64,000 bases of DNA from Longimicrobiales bacterium (GCA_965204735.1 OZ242008.1:2752001-2816000), one strand, 5' to 3'. Positions 8,883 through 18,002 are shown, counted from the stretch's first letter. A program made the numbers and translations. Notes: generated by a model from the sequence alone, not told the origin.

Positions 8883-10280
8883 TCAGGACCCCATGGCGAG
8901 CTTCATCACGTCCATCATGTACGTCTCGAAGAAGTCCTCGGGCGCTCCGACGATCTGTCCGTCGGCCCGCAGTTCAACGGGGTGCATCTTGGCTTCCTTG
9001 CCCGAGTTGGCGACGTGTGCCACCGACACCTCTTCCTCGGCGATCTCTCCTTCAGCCACAAGCCGCCGCAACCGGTTGATCAAGTACTCGCTGTGCGTCT
9101 CGACGATGAAGGTTATGCTGCGCTCCTTGGCCAGCCGAACAAAGTAGCTTGCCAGCCGAGCCTGGGCCTCGGGATGGAGGTGAGTTTCCGGCTGGGCGAC
9201 GACGAAGACGCTCCCGGGGCTCAGTTGGTTGACGGCTACCAGCACCGGCAGCACCTGGCTCGTGCCGAATCCGAGATCGGTGAGGTTGGTCGGGGGAGAG
9301 ATCGGCTTGGGCTTGCCCTTCAGCTCCATGCGCCCGGCTCCTATTCGGCCAACCTCGAGGCTGGACAACACGCCTAGCTTGTCCAAGTCCCGACGCAGGC
9401 TGTCGATCTCCGGCGCCTTCGCAGATTCCCACTGGGCGATCTGTTCGACATAGTTCTCGCCGTGGCGCCCCACGGCAAGGTCGGCCTTGGCAACTTCGTA
9501 GTAGGTTCTTTGCGGGGCGAGCCGGAAGGAGCTGACGAAGGACAGGTTCGCCTGCAAGGCCCGGGCTAGAATGACAAGGCCAAGATACACATGGCTGCCG
9601 GCTACGTCGCCCAAGTGGTCAGCCGTGACTAGTTCGAGTGGCTCCGCCAAGTCAATTCTGCCTTCCAATGGATTGTTGTTGTCTGTGATCTTAGGTCGCG
9701 AGTCCAGACGGTCATCCGCCTGCGACGACTGCCGGCTATTACGAATGAATGCTTCCATAAGGCTTGCCACTAAACCGACGCGAGACAAGTCCGGCTTGTC
9801 GCTGCCCTTGCCGGATTTCCCAGGCTTGGCGAGCCTTGCAAGCATACTCGAGGCGGTCGGGTCGACTTCATACGTCATTTCGTACGCGTCTCCGGTTGAT
9901 GCCATGTGCATCTTGTAGTAGCTGCCGACAATCGTGATTTCGTGCAGTCGCAGGCCCGACGACGACGCTCCTTCGGCGAAGGTCGCATCAACAACGAATC
10001 CTAAATCGGCGTCCGCTCCCACTTCGATGTCGAATCCGACGCCAACTTCCCCGTCCTCCCCACCGTGCACAATCTCCCTGAAGCCGCCCATCTCCACGTA
10101 GCGGCCGTTCGGAGACAGCAGCGCGGGCATGCCGTCGGTCTGGGCCCAGGCCAGCAGCGGCGCCACCAGCGAGCTCTTGCCGGCGCTGTTGGCGCCCGTG
10201 ATCAAGGTGACGGGAGCGATTCGCAGCTTGGCTTCCCTGAAGCACCGGAAGTTGGCGATGCGGAGCTCGGTGATCTTCAT
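8883..10280 (-). CDS. ABC/AAA_21-type ATPase with DUF3696-like C-terminus (465 aa)
   Basis: MKITELRIANFRCF, Walker A GANSAGKS, signature DLGFGTSQVLP, QPETHLHP, H-loop ETHSEYL and C-terminal PEDFFE. The ATG at 10280 overlaps the glyQS stop, so the 1346-aa track ORF is over-extended. Confidence 0.88.
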   Translation of the reverse strand: MKITELRIANFRCFREAKLRIAPVTLITGANSAGKSSLVAPLLAWAQTDGMPALLSPNGRYVEMGGFREIVHGGEDGEVGVGFDIEVGADADLGFVVDATFAEGASSSGLRLHEITIVGSYYKMHMASTGDAYEMTYEVDPTASSMLARLAKPGKSGKGSDKPDLSRVGLVASLMEAFIRNSRQSSQADDRLDSRPKITDNNNPLEGRIDLAEPLELVTADHLGDVAGSHVYLGLVILARALQANLSFVSSFRLAPQRTYYEVAKADLAVGRHGENYVEQIAQWESAKAPEIDSLRRDLDKLGVLSSLEVGRIGAGRMELKGKPKPISPPTNLTDLGFGTSQVLPVLVAVNQLSPGSVFVVAQPETHLHPEAQARLASYFVRLAKERSITFIVETHSEYLINRLRRLVAEGEIAEEEVSVAHVANSGKEAKMHPVELRADGQIVGAPEDFFETYMMDVMKLAMGS

Positions 10281-11626
10281 TTCGGGCCGTTCGCCTCCCC
10301 CTGCTCCAGGCGCTCGCGGATCCAGGCGGTCGCGTGGTCGAGGCCGACGCGCTCCTGGGCCAGCGTGTCCCGGTCGCGGACGGTGACGCAGCCGTCCTCG
10401 CTGGTCTCGCCGTCCACGGTGAGGCACCAGGGGGTGCCGGCTTCGTCCTGGCGGCGGTAGCGGCGTCCGATGGAGCCGGCGTGGTCGTAGAACGACGGAA
10501 TCCGGGCGCGACGCAGGGCTTGGTGCAGCTTGGCGGCGGTCTCGGGCATCCCGTCCTTCTTCACCAGAGGGAAGACGGCTGCCTTCACCGGGGCCAAGCG
10601 CGGATGGAGCCCCAGCACGACGCGCTGCTCGCCGGCCACCTCCTCTTCCCGGTAGGCGTCCACGAGAAGCACGAGCACGGCCCGGCCCACGCCCATGGCC
10701 GTCTCGACGACATAGGGCACGAAGCGCTTGCCCGAGCCCGGGTCGATGTACAGGAGGCGCTTGCCGGAAAACTCCTGGTGCCGGGACAAGTCGAAGTCCG
10801 TGCGGTTGTGCACGCCCTCCAGCTCCTGCCAGCCGAAGGGGAACTCGTACTCGATGTCGAGGGCGGCCTTGGCGTAGTGGGCCAGCTCGTCGGGACCGTG
10901 CTCGGCAAGGCGCAGCCTCTCGGGACGGACGCCGATCTCCTTGTGCCACTCGAGCCGCAGGTCGCGCCAGTACTCGAACCACTTCTCGTCGGAGCCCGGC
11001 TCCACGAAGTATTGCATCTCGGCCTGCTCGAACTCCCGCGTGCGGAAGATGAAGTTCCCCGGCGTGATCTCGTTGCGGAACGCCTTGCCCAGCTGGGCGA
11101 CGCCGAAGGGCACGCGCTGGCGCGAAGTCTGCTGCACGTTGAGGAAGTTCACGTAGCTGCCCTGGGCGGTCTCGGGCCGCAGGTAGACGACCGCCGCGTC
11201 TTCCTCGACCGGTCCCATGAAGGTCTTGAACATGAGGTTGAAGAGGCGCGGCTCGCCGATCTCGCAGTCCTTGTGCGCGCCGGGGGCGACCGACGGCTTG
11301 CGCGGACAGGCGCCTTCGTCCATGTGGTCCTCCCGCCAGCGCCGCTTGCACGTCTTGCACTCCACCAGCGGGTCGGCGAAGCCGCCCACGTGGCCCGACG
11401 CCTCCCAGACCCGGGGATGCATGAGGATGCCGGCGTCCAGTCCCTCCACGTCGTCGCGGGCGTGCACCATGGAGGACCACCACGCGTCGGCGACGTTGCG
11501 GCGGAGCTCGACGCCCAGCGGCCCGTAGTCCCACACCGAGGCTGCGCCGCCGTATATCTCGGAGGACTGGAAGACGAAGCCTTTGCGCTTGCACAGCGAG
11601 ACGATTCGGTCCATGCGGTCGGGCAC
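10277..11626 (-). CDS. glyQS: Glycine--tRNA ligase, alpha2 (homodimeric) type
   Basis: SEIYGG, DYGPLG, FNLMFKT, YLRPETAQG, FRNEITPGNFIFRTREFEQ and anticodon-domain GSIGRRYRRQDEAGTP. Confidence 0.97.
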   Translation of the reverse strand: MPDRMDRIVSLCKRKGFVFQSSEIYGGAASVWDYGPLGVELRRNVADAWWSSMVHARDDVEGLDAGILMHPRVWEASGHVGGFADPLVECKTCKRRWREDHMDEGACPRKPSVAPGAHKDCEIGEPRLFNLMFKTFMGPVEEDAAVVYLRPETAQGSYVNFLNVQQTSRQRVPFGVAQLGKAFRNEITPGNFIFRTREFEQAEMQYFVEPGSDEKWFEYWRDLRLEWHKEIGVRPERLRLAEHGPDELAHYAKAALDIEYEFPFGWQELEGVHNRTDFDLSRHQEFSGKRLLYIDPGSGKRFVPYVVETAMGVGRAVLVLLVDAYREEEVAGEQRVVLGLHPRLAPVKAAVFPLVKKDGMPETAAKLHQALRRARIPSFYDHAGSIGRRYRRQDEAGTPWCLTVDGETSEDGCVTVRDRDTLAQERVGLDHATAWIRERLEQGEANGPK

Positions 11627-11644
11627 GGCGTCGCTCCTTGGATT

Positions 11645-11712
11645 GGGGGTTGGCGGGCGGGTCGGGTTGGCGGGCGGGTCGGGTTGGCGAGTCGGGGTTG
11701 GCGAGTTGGTCG
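11645..11712. repeat. Intergenic G-rich tandem repeat (GGGTTGGCGGGCGGGTC x2 plus degenerate copies)
   Basis: Read directly between the SDR stop and the glyQS start. Confidence 0.8.
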
Positions 11713-11734
11713 AGGGTGTCCGCGAGCCGAGCCT

Positions 11735-12736
11735 TCAGCGGCTTGCACGCACCTCCGGAGCCCTCGTGACGGACGCGCTCCAGCTCCAGAGGCGTTCCTG
11801 GTCGCGCTCGTTCAGGGCGGCGGGCGACGGGGCGGCGGGAGCGCCTCGGTCGAAGTAGCCGCCGTTGAGGTCCTCGTCCGGCCTGCCAATGGCGAGATCG
11901 GCCACGATGGGGCCGGCGACGGCCGGATCGGAAACGGGGAACGGAGCGCCGGCCGTCGATCCCCCGCCCAAGTAGTCCTTGAGAAGCTCCGTGTGGTAGA
12001 CGCCGGGGCCCAGTGCCAGGGAGTGGACGCCGGGAAGGGAAGCCGGGCGGGAAGCCGAGGTCGGGCGGGACGCCGCTCCCGGGCGGGACGCCCCTCCCGA
12101 GGGCTGGACGCTGGACCGCGACGCCAGAGCCTTGGCGAAGAGGACGTTCGCCAGCTTGCTCTGCTGGTACGCCTCCCGCGGGCCGTAGGGCTTCCGCCGG
12201 AAGTTGGGGTCGTCGAAGTCGAATGAAGGGCCATGGTGGGCGCCCGACGAGACGGAGATCACGCGGGCGATGCCGGGGCTCCGGTCGAGCAGCGGGAAGA
12301 GCAGGCACGAAAGCAGGAAGTGGGCCAAGTGGTTGACGGCCAGCTGAAGCTCGAACCCGTCGCGGCTCTCGGTCCGCGCGCCGGGCAGGACGGCGGCGTT
12401 GTTGACCAGCCCCGCCAGCGGCTGCCCCAAGTCGGAGACGGCTTGAGCGGCGCGGCGCACCGAATCCAGCGACGCCAGGTCGATGGGGACGACGTGATGC
12501 GAGACCGGCCCGGCGGGGGGCGCCAGCGTGTGGGCGGCCTCCCGGCCCCGACGCTCGCTCCGGCAGAGCAGGACGACGGGATGCCCGGCGCGCGCGACTT
12601 CCTGCGCCGCGGCCAAGCCGACGCCCCGGTTGGCGCCCGTGATGGCGACGGCGGGGGGAGCGGCGGCGGCGGGGACGGCGCCGCTGGGGGCGTCGGCCGT
12701 GTCCTGCGCGAGTTCGGCGGCGGATTGGTCGGTCAT
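11735..12736 (-). CDS. SDR family NAD(P)-dependent oxidoreductase (retinol dehydrogenase-like)
   Basis: TGANRGVG, DLASLDSV, NNAA, VNHLAHF, VSSGAH and catalytic YQQSK. Confidence 0.93.
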   Translation of the reverse strand: MTDQSAAELAQDTADAPSGAVPAAAAPPAVAITGANRGVGLAAAQEVARAGHPVVLLCRSERRGREAAHTLAPPAGPVSHHVVPIDLASLDSVRRAAQAVSDLGQPLAGLVNNAAVLPGARTESRDGFELQLAVNHLAHFLLSCLLFPLLDRSPGIARVISVSSGAHHGPSFDFDDPNFRRKPYGPREAYQQSKLANVLFAKALASRSSVQPSGGASRPGAASRPTSASRPASLPGVHSLALGPGVYHTELLKDYLGGGSTAGAPFPVSDPAVAGPIVADLAIGRPDEDLNGGYFDRGAPAAPSPAALNERDQERLWSWSASVTRAPEVRASR

Positions 12737-13065
12737 GGCTTGGGTTCCGGCCGGGGAGCGACGGCGGGCGGGTTGCTGGCGCGCAACTGTCCCATCCTTC
12801 TATAAGGTTAACGTCTTCCGGCATCGGTCCGGGTCCCGGTCCCGCAATCCGGGTTTCCAGCCTGCATCTGTCTCGTCCGCCGTCCGGGGGCGTCGCCCCA
12901 TCGTTCGAGGGAACCCGGTCCACCGATCAGACTTGACCGGCGGCTCCGGGTCCCTCGCCACTCCGTTCCCGCTGCTCCAGGGGTCGCCCCATTCCTCTTC
13001 CCGCCGCCTCCGCCTCCAGCCGCTCCATCGATCCCTCTTCGCCGGCCACAATCCCCTCCATCGGC

Positions 13066-14061
13066 GTGGAGCCCTTCGAGATCAGCCACGGCGCAGGGTT
13101 CGAGGCCCAGGAGGACACGCCCGAGGCGCTGGAGTGCGAGGTGGTGGAGGATGGGGGCGACTTTCGGGCGCACAGGCCGCCGCCCGCCCAGCGGCCCCGA
13201 CGGCTGTGCTTCGTGGACGGCGTCATGCGGATCGAGGCGCGGCTGACCCGGACGGGCGCGGACGGCGAGACGCGCATGGGACTGGCGGGAAGCTGGGGCG
13301 CGGGCGCCGCGCTGGCGGAGCAGGGCCGGCCCATGGAGATCGCGCATGCGACCACCGGCCGCGCCGTCGTGTTCGCCGGGGGAGAACCGGTCGCGCTTCC
13401 GCCTCACGAAGCCGGCTGGTCCTGGGCGCCGTTCGCCGTCGAGGGGGAGGAGCTGGACGCGGCCCGCCACCACCTTCGCGACACGATGCGGGCGCAGGAG
13501 GCGAAGATCGCCGAGCGGCTCGCGGACGAGGGCCGGATCACGGTCTTCGACGGCCCCCTCCACCCCGTCCGGCGCGGCTTGGCCTCGGGGCGCGGCGGCA
13601 GCGGGCGCGACGCCGACGCCCGCCCCGGCTTGGTCGGCTACGTCAAGACGCATCACCGCCGGATGCTCGCCCGGGAGCAGTGGCGGAGGGTGCCCGGGCT
13701 GGCCCCCGGCGAGCGCTCCAGCCTCTTCCGGACGAAGGTGGGGCTGTACGCCTGCTACCTGCGGGTCGGCACGGCCGGGCCGTGGGCGGGCGCGTGGGCC
13801 GGGATCGCTCGGCTGGAGGTCCCAGCCGAGGCCGGACGCGAGGCCGCAATCGCCGTGGTGGACGAAGCGGCCGGCTGGCTTCCCCACTTCGTCCCCGCCC
13901 TCCACCGAGACGCCCGCGCCCCCGTCAACCTGACGCCCGTCGCCGGGCTGGAACGCCGCCTTCGCCGCCTGCTGGGCAGCGCCCGCATGGCCCAACGCGC
14001 CGTCCGCGAAGTCGTCCGCCGCCTCAACCTACCCCACCCCGAGCCCGCACCACGCCCATGA
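13066..14061 (+). CDS. nurA: NurA-like 5'-3' nuclease (RNase H fold)
   Basis: FVDGVMR, VFDGPL, GYVKTH, DARAPVNLTPV..LE motifs. ATGA overlap with the HerA-like gene. Exact start uncertain. Confidence 0.75.
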   Translation: MEPFEISHGAGFEAQEDTPEALECEVVEDGGDFRAHRPPPAQRPRRLCFVDGVMRIEARLTRTGADGETRMGLAGSWGAGAALAEQGRPMEIAHATTGRAVVFAGGEPVALPPHEAGWSWAPFAVEGEELDAARHHLRDTMRAQEAKIAERLADEGRITVFDGPLHPVRRGLASGRGGSGRDADARPGLVGYVKTHHRRMLAREQWRRVPGLAPGERSSLFRTKVGLYACYLRVGTAGPWAGAWAGIARLEVPAEAGREAAIAVVDEAAGWLPHFVPALHRDARAPVNLTPVAGLERRLRRLLGSARMAQRAVREVVRRLNLPHPEPAPRP

Positions 14062-15911
14062 CCCAGTCCCCAACCGACGACCCCCGGCAACGGATCGGCC
14101 TCGTCGACGGCTCCACCGACAGCGACTCGCGCACCTTCCACGTCGTCCTCGATCCCGACAAGGTGGTGCAGCTGGACGACCTGGTGCTGGTCGACACCGA
14201 GCTTCCGGACGGAGACCAAGTCGCCCACTACGGGATCGTCACCGAGCTGTTCTCGCGGCTGGAGGGCGCCGAGTTCCCCTCGGACACCGGGCGCTTCGCC
14301 GACAACACGCTCCCGGCCGAGCACGTGCGCCGCGCAGAGGTGCGCGTCCTGCGGGTGGTCCCCGAGCGCTTCGTCTCGCCCCACGCGGGCTCGCGCGTCG
14401 TCAAGGCGGCCGGCGAGCACCGAGCGCGGGCCCTCTTCGAGGACGAGATGAAGCGCGGCAAGCTCCCCCTGGGACTCGACGCCGGCGGCAGTCCCGTCCA
14501 CGCCGACATGCGCTTCGTGGACGGGCGCTCCGGCGGCCACGTCTCGATCTCGGGGATCTCCGGCGTCGCGACCAAGACGTCCTACGCGCTCTTTTTGCTC
14601 TACCAGCTGCTGGAGACGCCGGCCGGCACGGAGCTGCTGGGCGGCCGGTCCAAGCGCGAGAACGTGCGCGCGTTGGTGTTCAACACCAAGGGCGAGGACC
14701 TGCTGCACATCGACCGGGCCAACTCCGAGTTCGCCGCCAGGTCGGACGCCGACGGGGAACGGGCGCCGCGCAAGGAGTGGGAGGCGCTGGGCGTGCCCGA
14801 GCCCGGACCGTTCAAGTCGGTGCGCCTCTACGCGCCGCGCGCGTCCGACTCGAGCGGGAGCGCCGTGCCCGCCGTCCGAAGCCGCAACACCGCCGACGTG
14901 GAAGCCTACGGCTGGACGCCCGAGCAGTTCGTCCGCCGGCAGCTCCTTCAGTTCTGCTTCACGTCGGAGGACGAGCGCTCCACCCAGGTCGGCTTCGTCG
15001 AGCAGCAGTTTCGGATCGAGCTGCTGCGCAGGCTCCGGCGGCTGGCCGGCGACGAGAGCGGCGCCGTGGTGATCGTCGATCAAGTGCCGCGCGACACCGG
15101 CTACAACCCGGATCGGCTGGCCGATCGCGAACCCCAGGAAGCGCTGGCGGGCGCGGGCCAGCTGATCCGCAACTTCGGCGACTTCGTGGAGCTCGTGGAG
15201 CGGATCGCGTCGGAAGAGGACGACGTGACGCGGCAGTGGTTCGGCCACACCCAGCGCGGCACGCAGCAGGCGTTCTTCCGACGGATTCTGCGGCTCCGAA
15301 AGCACGTCGGCCCCTTGATCGGCTGCGGCTTGACCCCCGTCTCCCGCGAGAACGCCAGGATGCACGTGGTGGACATCTCCACCCTGCACAACGACGCCCA
15401 GCGCTTCGTCGTCGGCGCGCTCCTCAACGAGGTGTGGGACGAGAAGCAGGGCTCGGGCCGAGAGCCGCTCCGCTTCGTGGTTCTCGACGAGCTCAACAAG
15501 TACGCCCCCGCGCAGGGGTACTCGCCTCTCAAGGAGCTGCTGGTGGACATCGCCGAGCGGGGTCGTTCGCTGGGCGTGCTGCTGGTGGGCGCCCAGCAGG
15601 CGGCGTCGGCGGTGGCGCCCGCCTTGCCGCGCAACGCCTCGATCAAGGTGGCCGGCCGCCTGGACGCCGGCGAGTCCGACGCCTACCGCTTCCTGACGGC
15701 GTCGCTGCGGGACCGCGCCTCCCGCTTCATGCCGGGCACGATGGTGGTCTCCCAGCCCGTGGTCCCCGAGCCGATCCCGGTGCACTTCCCCTTCCCGCCG
15801 TTCGCCACCAACTCCGACGAGGCCGCTGCCGACCAGGAGGACGAAGAGCGCCGCGCCGACGAGATCGCTGCCAACCTGAAGGCGTACGGGGGGCGGGGGC
15901 TGGGGTTGTGA
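14058..15911 (+). CDS. herA: HerA-like (HerA/FtsK) ATPase with N-terminal HAS barrel
   Basis: Variant Walker A GHVSISGISGVATKTSY, Walker B VVLDELNKYAP, ERGRSLG and GAQQ. ATG at 14058. Confidence 0.88.
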   Translation: MTQSPTDDPRQRIGLVDGSTDSDSRTFHVVLDPDKVVQLDDLVLVDTELPDGDQVAHYGIVTELFSRLEGAEFPSDTGRFADNTLPAEHVRRAEVRVLRVVPERFVSPHAGSRVVKAAGEHRARALFEDEMKRGKLPLGLDAGGSPVHADMRFVDGRSGGHVSISGISGVATKTSYALFLLYQLLETPAGTELLGGRSKRENVRALVFNTKGEDLLHIDRANSEFAARSDADGERAPRKEWEALGVPEPGPFKSVRLYAPRASDSSGSAVPAVRSRNTADVEAYGWTPEQFVRRQLLQFCFTSEDERSTQVGFVEQQFRIELLRRLRRLAGDESGAVVIVDQVPRDTGYNPDRLADREPQEALAGAGQLIRNFGDFVELVERIASEEDDVTRQWFGHTQRGTQQAFFRRILRLRKHVGPLIGCGLTPVSRENARMHVVDISTLHNDAQRFVVGALLNEVWDEKQGSGREPLRFVVLDELNKYAPAQGYSPLKELLVDIAERGRSLGVLLVGAQQAASAVAPALPRNASIKVAGRLDAGESDAYRFLTASLRDRASRFMPGTMVVSQPVVPEPIPVHFPFPPFATNSDEAAADQEDEERRADEIAANLKAYGGRGLGL

Positions 15912-16016
15912 GGGATGCGCGGGCCAGCCCTAGCCCGCTTGACCTGGTCGATCCGGACAAGGGGAGGCTGCCGTCAAGTTGTGAGGGTTGGCAGGCCAGC
16001 CCTTATCCCGCTTGAC
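15905..16016. repeat. Pair of ~39-bp imperfect direct repeats separated by 34 bp, between convergent herA and MTase; the second copy lies in a hairpin (possible terminator)
   Basis: 15905-15943 GTTGTGAGGGATGCGCGGGCCAGCCCTAGCCCGCTTGAC versus 15978-16016 GTTGTGAGGGTTGGCAGGCCAGCCCTTATCCCGCTTGAC. Confidence 0.8.
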
Positions 16017-16905
16017 ACCCTGCTACCGCGTCTGGTAGACGAACATACGACGGCGCGATAAGCAGTTCTTCCTTCCGATTCCTCCTCTGCAGACTGTACT
16101 GAAACTGCTTCCGACCACGCACCATCTCCCCGTAAAGATTGCTGACAAAGCTACAATCGTCGTAAGACATTATCCATTTGAGAACCCGCTGCCGTTTTAC
16201 GTAGCGTGCCAGCCTTTGGTGATCACATCTTTGATAGGAACTGAAGTACAACCGACGTCCGTGAGTGTAGTATGGGGGGTCCAGATACACAAACATCGAT
16301 TCCCGTGGGCCCCCTCGTGGAAGATTGTCTGACAGAAACCTCAAAGCATCATCGTTCGAAAGAACGATTCTGTCCCTGTGCTTCTCCAGCCACCGTATGC
16401 GTTCCACGAGTCCCTGCTTGTTAAACCGTGCCCCAATCTTCCATTTCCCCTTCTGTCTGTTTCCGCCAATGGGTGCGGAACCGGCAATGATGCCAGATCG
16501 GCTGCACCGGTTCAAGAAAAACGTTGCAAATCCCAATTCGAACGACCTCTCCAACCTGTGCGCCTCATCCCTCCATACAGCCCTCTGCTTGTTCCATTCT
16601 TCGGGAGTCACGTCAACCTCGCGAATGGCCTTCCTAAATTCCTTAGGATGGTCACATGCCGCACGCCAAAAGGCATAGACGCAAGGATCGTAGTCATTCA
16701 AGTGAACCCGCGACACCACCCCGTCCCGGAGAAGTCCCAAAGCCGCACCTGCACCACCAGCAAATGGTTCCCAATACGGACGTCCTGTTACTCCATTCAT
16801 CTCAATTGTCTCCCGTAGCAACCCCACCATAGTCGCCTTGCCACCCGGATAACGAAGGGGGCTTGTCGGCCCTGTCGCCGTCAACGTCGATTCCGGACCC
16901 GTCAC
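16003..16905 (-). CDS. Dam/D12-class N6-adenine DNA methyltransferase
   Basis: SPLRYPGGK, motif I EPFAGGAG, FFLNR, catalytic YLDPPYY and WIMSYD. The GTG at 16905 overlaps the upstream stop (GTGA). Confidence 0.93.
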   Translation of the reverse strand: MTGPESTLTATGPTSPLRYPGGKATMVGLLRETIEMNGVTGRPYWEPFAGGAGAALGLLRDGVVSRVHLNDYDPCVYAFWRAACDHPKEFRKAIREVDVTPEEWNKQRAVWRDEAHRLERSFELGFATFFLNRCSRSGIIAGSAPIGGNRQKGKWKIGARFNKQGLVERIRWLEKHRDRIVLSNDDALRFLSDNLPRGGPRESMFVYLDPPYYTHGRRLYFSSYQRCDHQRLARYVKRQRVLKWIMSYDDCSFVSNLYGEMVRGRKQFQYSLQRRNRKEELLIAPSYVRLPDAVAGCQAG

Positions 16906-18002
16906 AGACTGTTGCAATAGTCCTGTTTCGCCATGTCGCCCGGCTCCGTCGCCGCGACACCCGGACGATCTACCGGTTCGGTCATTGTGACCACATCTCG
17001 ATGATATCGGGCGATCCACCGACCAGCTTCAATCATGAATTCATATCCCTCAATCTGTCTATTTTCCCTAATATGCGCTGCCTCCGCCGCTCTGATGGTC
17101 ATTCGCGTTCGATGCAATACATTTCCCGCCACTCGTACCGTGTCAATAAACGTGTTCTTGTCCATCACAAAGGGTACAACCATGTATGCAGTGAACTCAG
17201 TAACCGGTTCTGGCAAGTACCAACGTTTCCGAAACACCCTAATGTGCCCGCTGATCGACTTCCCCCTATAGTTCCGGCCCGTCGCAACCTGTGCCGCCAC
17301 CATGGGAAAACCTGGCAGGCCGTCCTTGTGTCGTCGGGCTGCAAACACATCGACCTGGTCGTCTTTGGGCCGTGCCGGAGCACCCGGCTGCATCTGCACA
17401 GCTCCATCGCCGATCTCTTGCCATATCTCTTTTAATTTCTGAAGAAACCCCGATCCATCTGGGCGCGGGAATCCGAAAGACCAGGCATCACCTCCTATGT
17501 CGGCTGCTACCGCAGCAGTTGCAAAGTACTGAAAGAACTGTCTCAGCTCGCGGACCTGCTGCTCGTTCGGGTGAAGATCGGATCCGTTTAGTATCGGCGA
17601 TACCGCCCTGAGGTTGGACAGCAAGAGGCTGAGCACGTAGGCAGTTCTGCCGATCGTCTCATATTCGTCTGCACCTGACCGCCTACGATACTTCAGGACA
17701 TTGCTGCCCGGGTCGACGCTAAACGGATACAGGTTGTTCAGTAGATCCCTTCGCTGGATGAGACAGTGCGCCACACCGAGAGTCAGCTCCTCGAGGTGTG
17801 GGTTATCATCATCACCCTCTAATTCGTCTGCTATGTAACGGTAGTCATCGGATGCCCCAATGGATGCCTCATTTGCGATTACCGACATGGACGCGGTCGA
17901 GCTGGCCGATGAGAACGCCGCCAGTTCCATGAAGTCGGCAGCGAGTTCGTAGTTCCTCGGGTTGCCGACGATTTCGTCGATCGGAAAATACAGCGGTATC
18001 AC
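16902..18002 (-). CDS. Uncharacterised protein, putative PD-(D/E)XK restriction-endonuclease-like (copy 1)
   Basis: KDDQVDVF..AAQVATGRNYRGK. Clear homology with 59485-60405 (ADFMEL/ADYAEM, YPF, AYVLSLLL/VYLYLLL, FG, DV..H..D..PG..Q..TG..YR). Confidence 0.6.
   Translation of the reverse strand: MIPLYFPIDEIVGNPRNYELAADFMELAAFSSASSTASMSVIANEASIGASDDYRYIADELEGDDDNPHLEELTLGVAHCLIQRRDLLNNLYPFSVDPGSNVLKYRRRSGADEYETIGRTAYVLSLLLSNLRAVSPILNGSDLHPNEQQVRELRQFFQYFATAAVAADIGGDAWSFGFPRPDGSGFLQKLKEIWQEIGDGAVQMQPGAPARPKDDQVDVFAARRHKDGLPGFPMVAAQVATGRNYRGKSISGHIRVFRKRWYLPEPVTEFTAYMVVPFVMDKNTFIDTVRVAGNVLHRTRMTIRAAEAAHIRENRQIEGYEFMIEAGRWIARYHRDVVTMTEPVDRPGVAATEPGDMAKQDYCNSL

Noticed and set aside
8883..12923. 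1346-aa ORF as a single large ATPase fusion
   Set aside because: The N-terminal ~880 aa is an off-frame read through SDR and glyQS. The real ATPase starts at the ATG at 10280.
12528..15911. 1127-aa extended HerA
   Set aside because: The extension overlaps nurA out of frame and is low complexity. The ATG at 14058 with its ATGA overlap is the credible start.
15905..16016. CRISPR mini-array
   Set aside because: Only two imperfect repeats, both overlapping gene ends, and no cas genes in the window. Kept as a direct-repeat finding instead.
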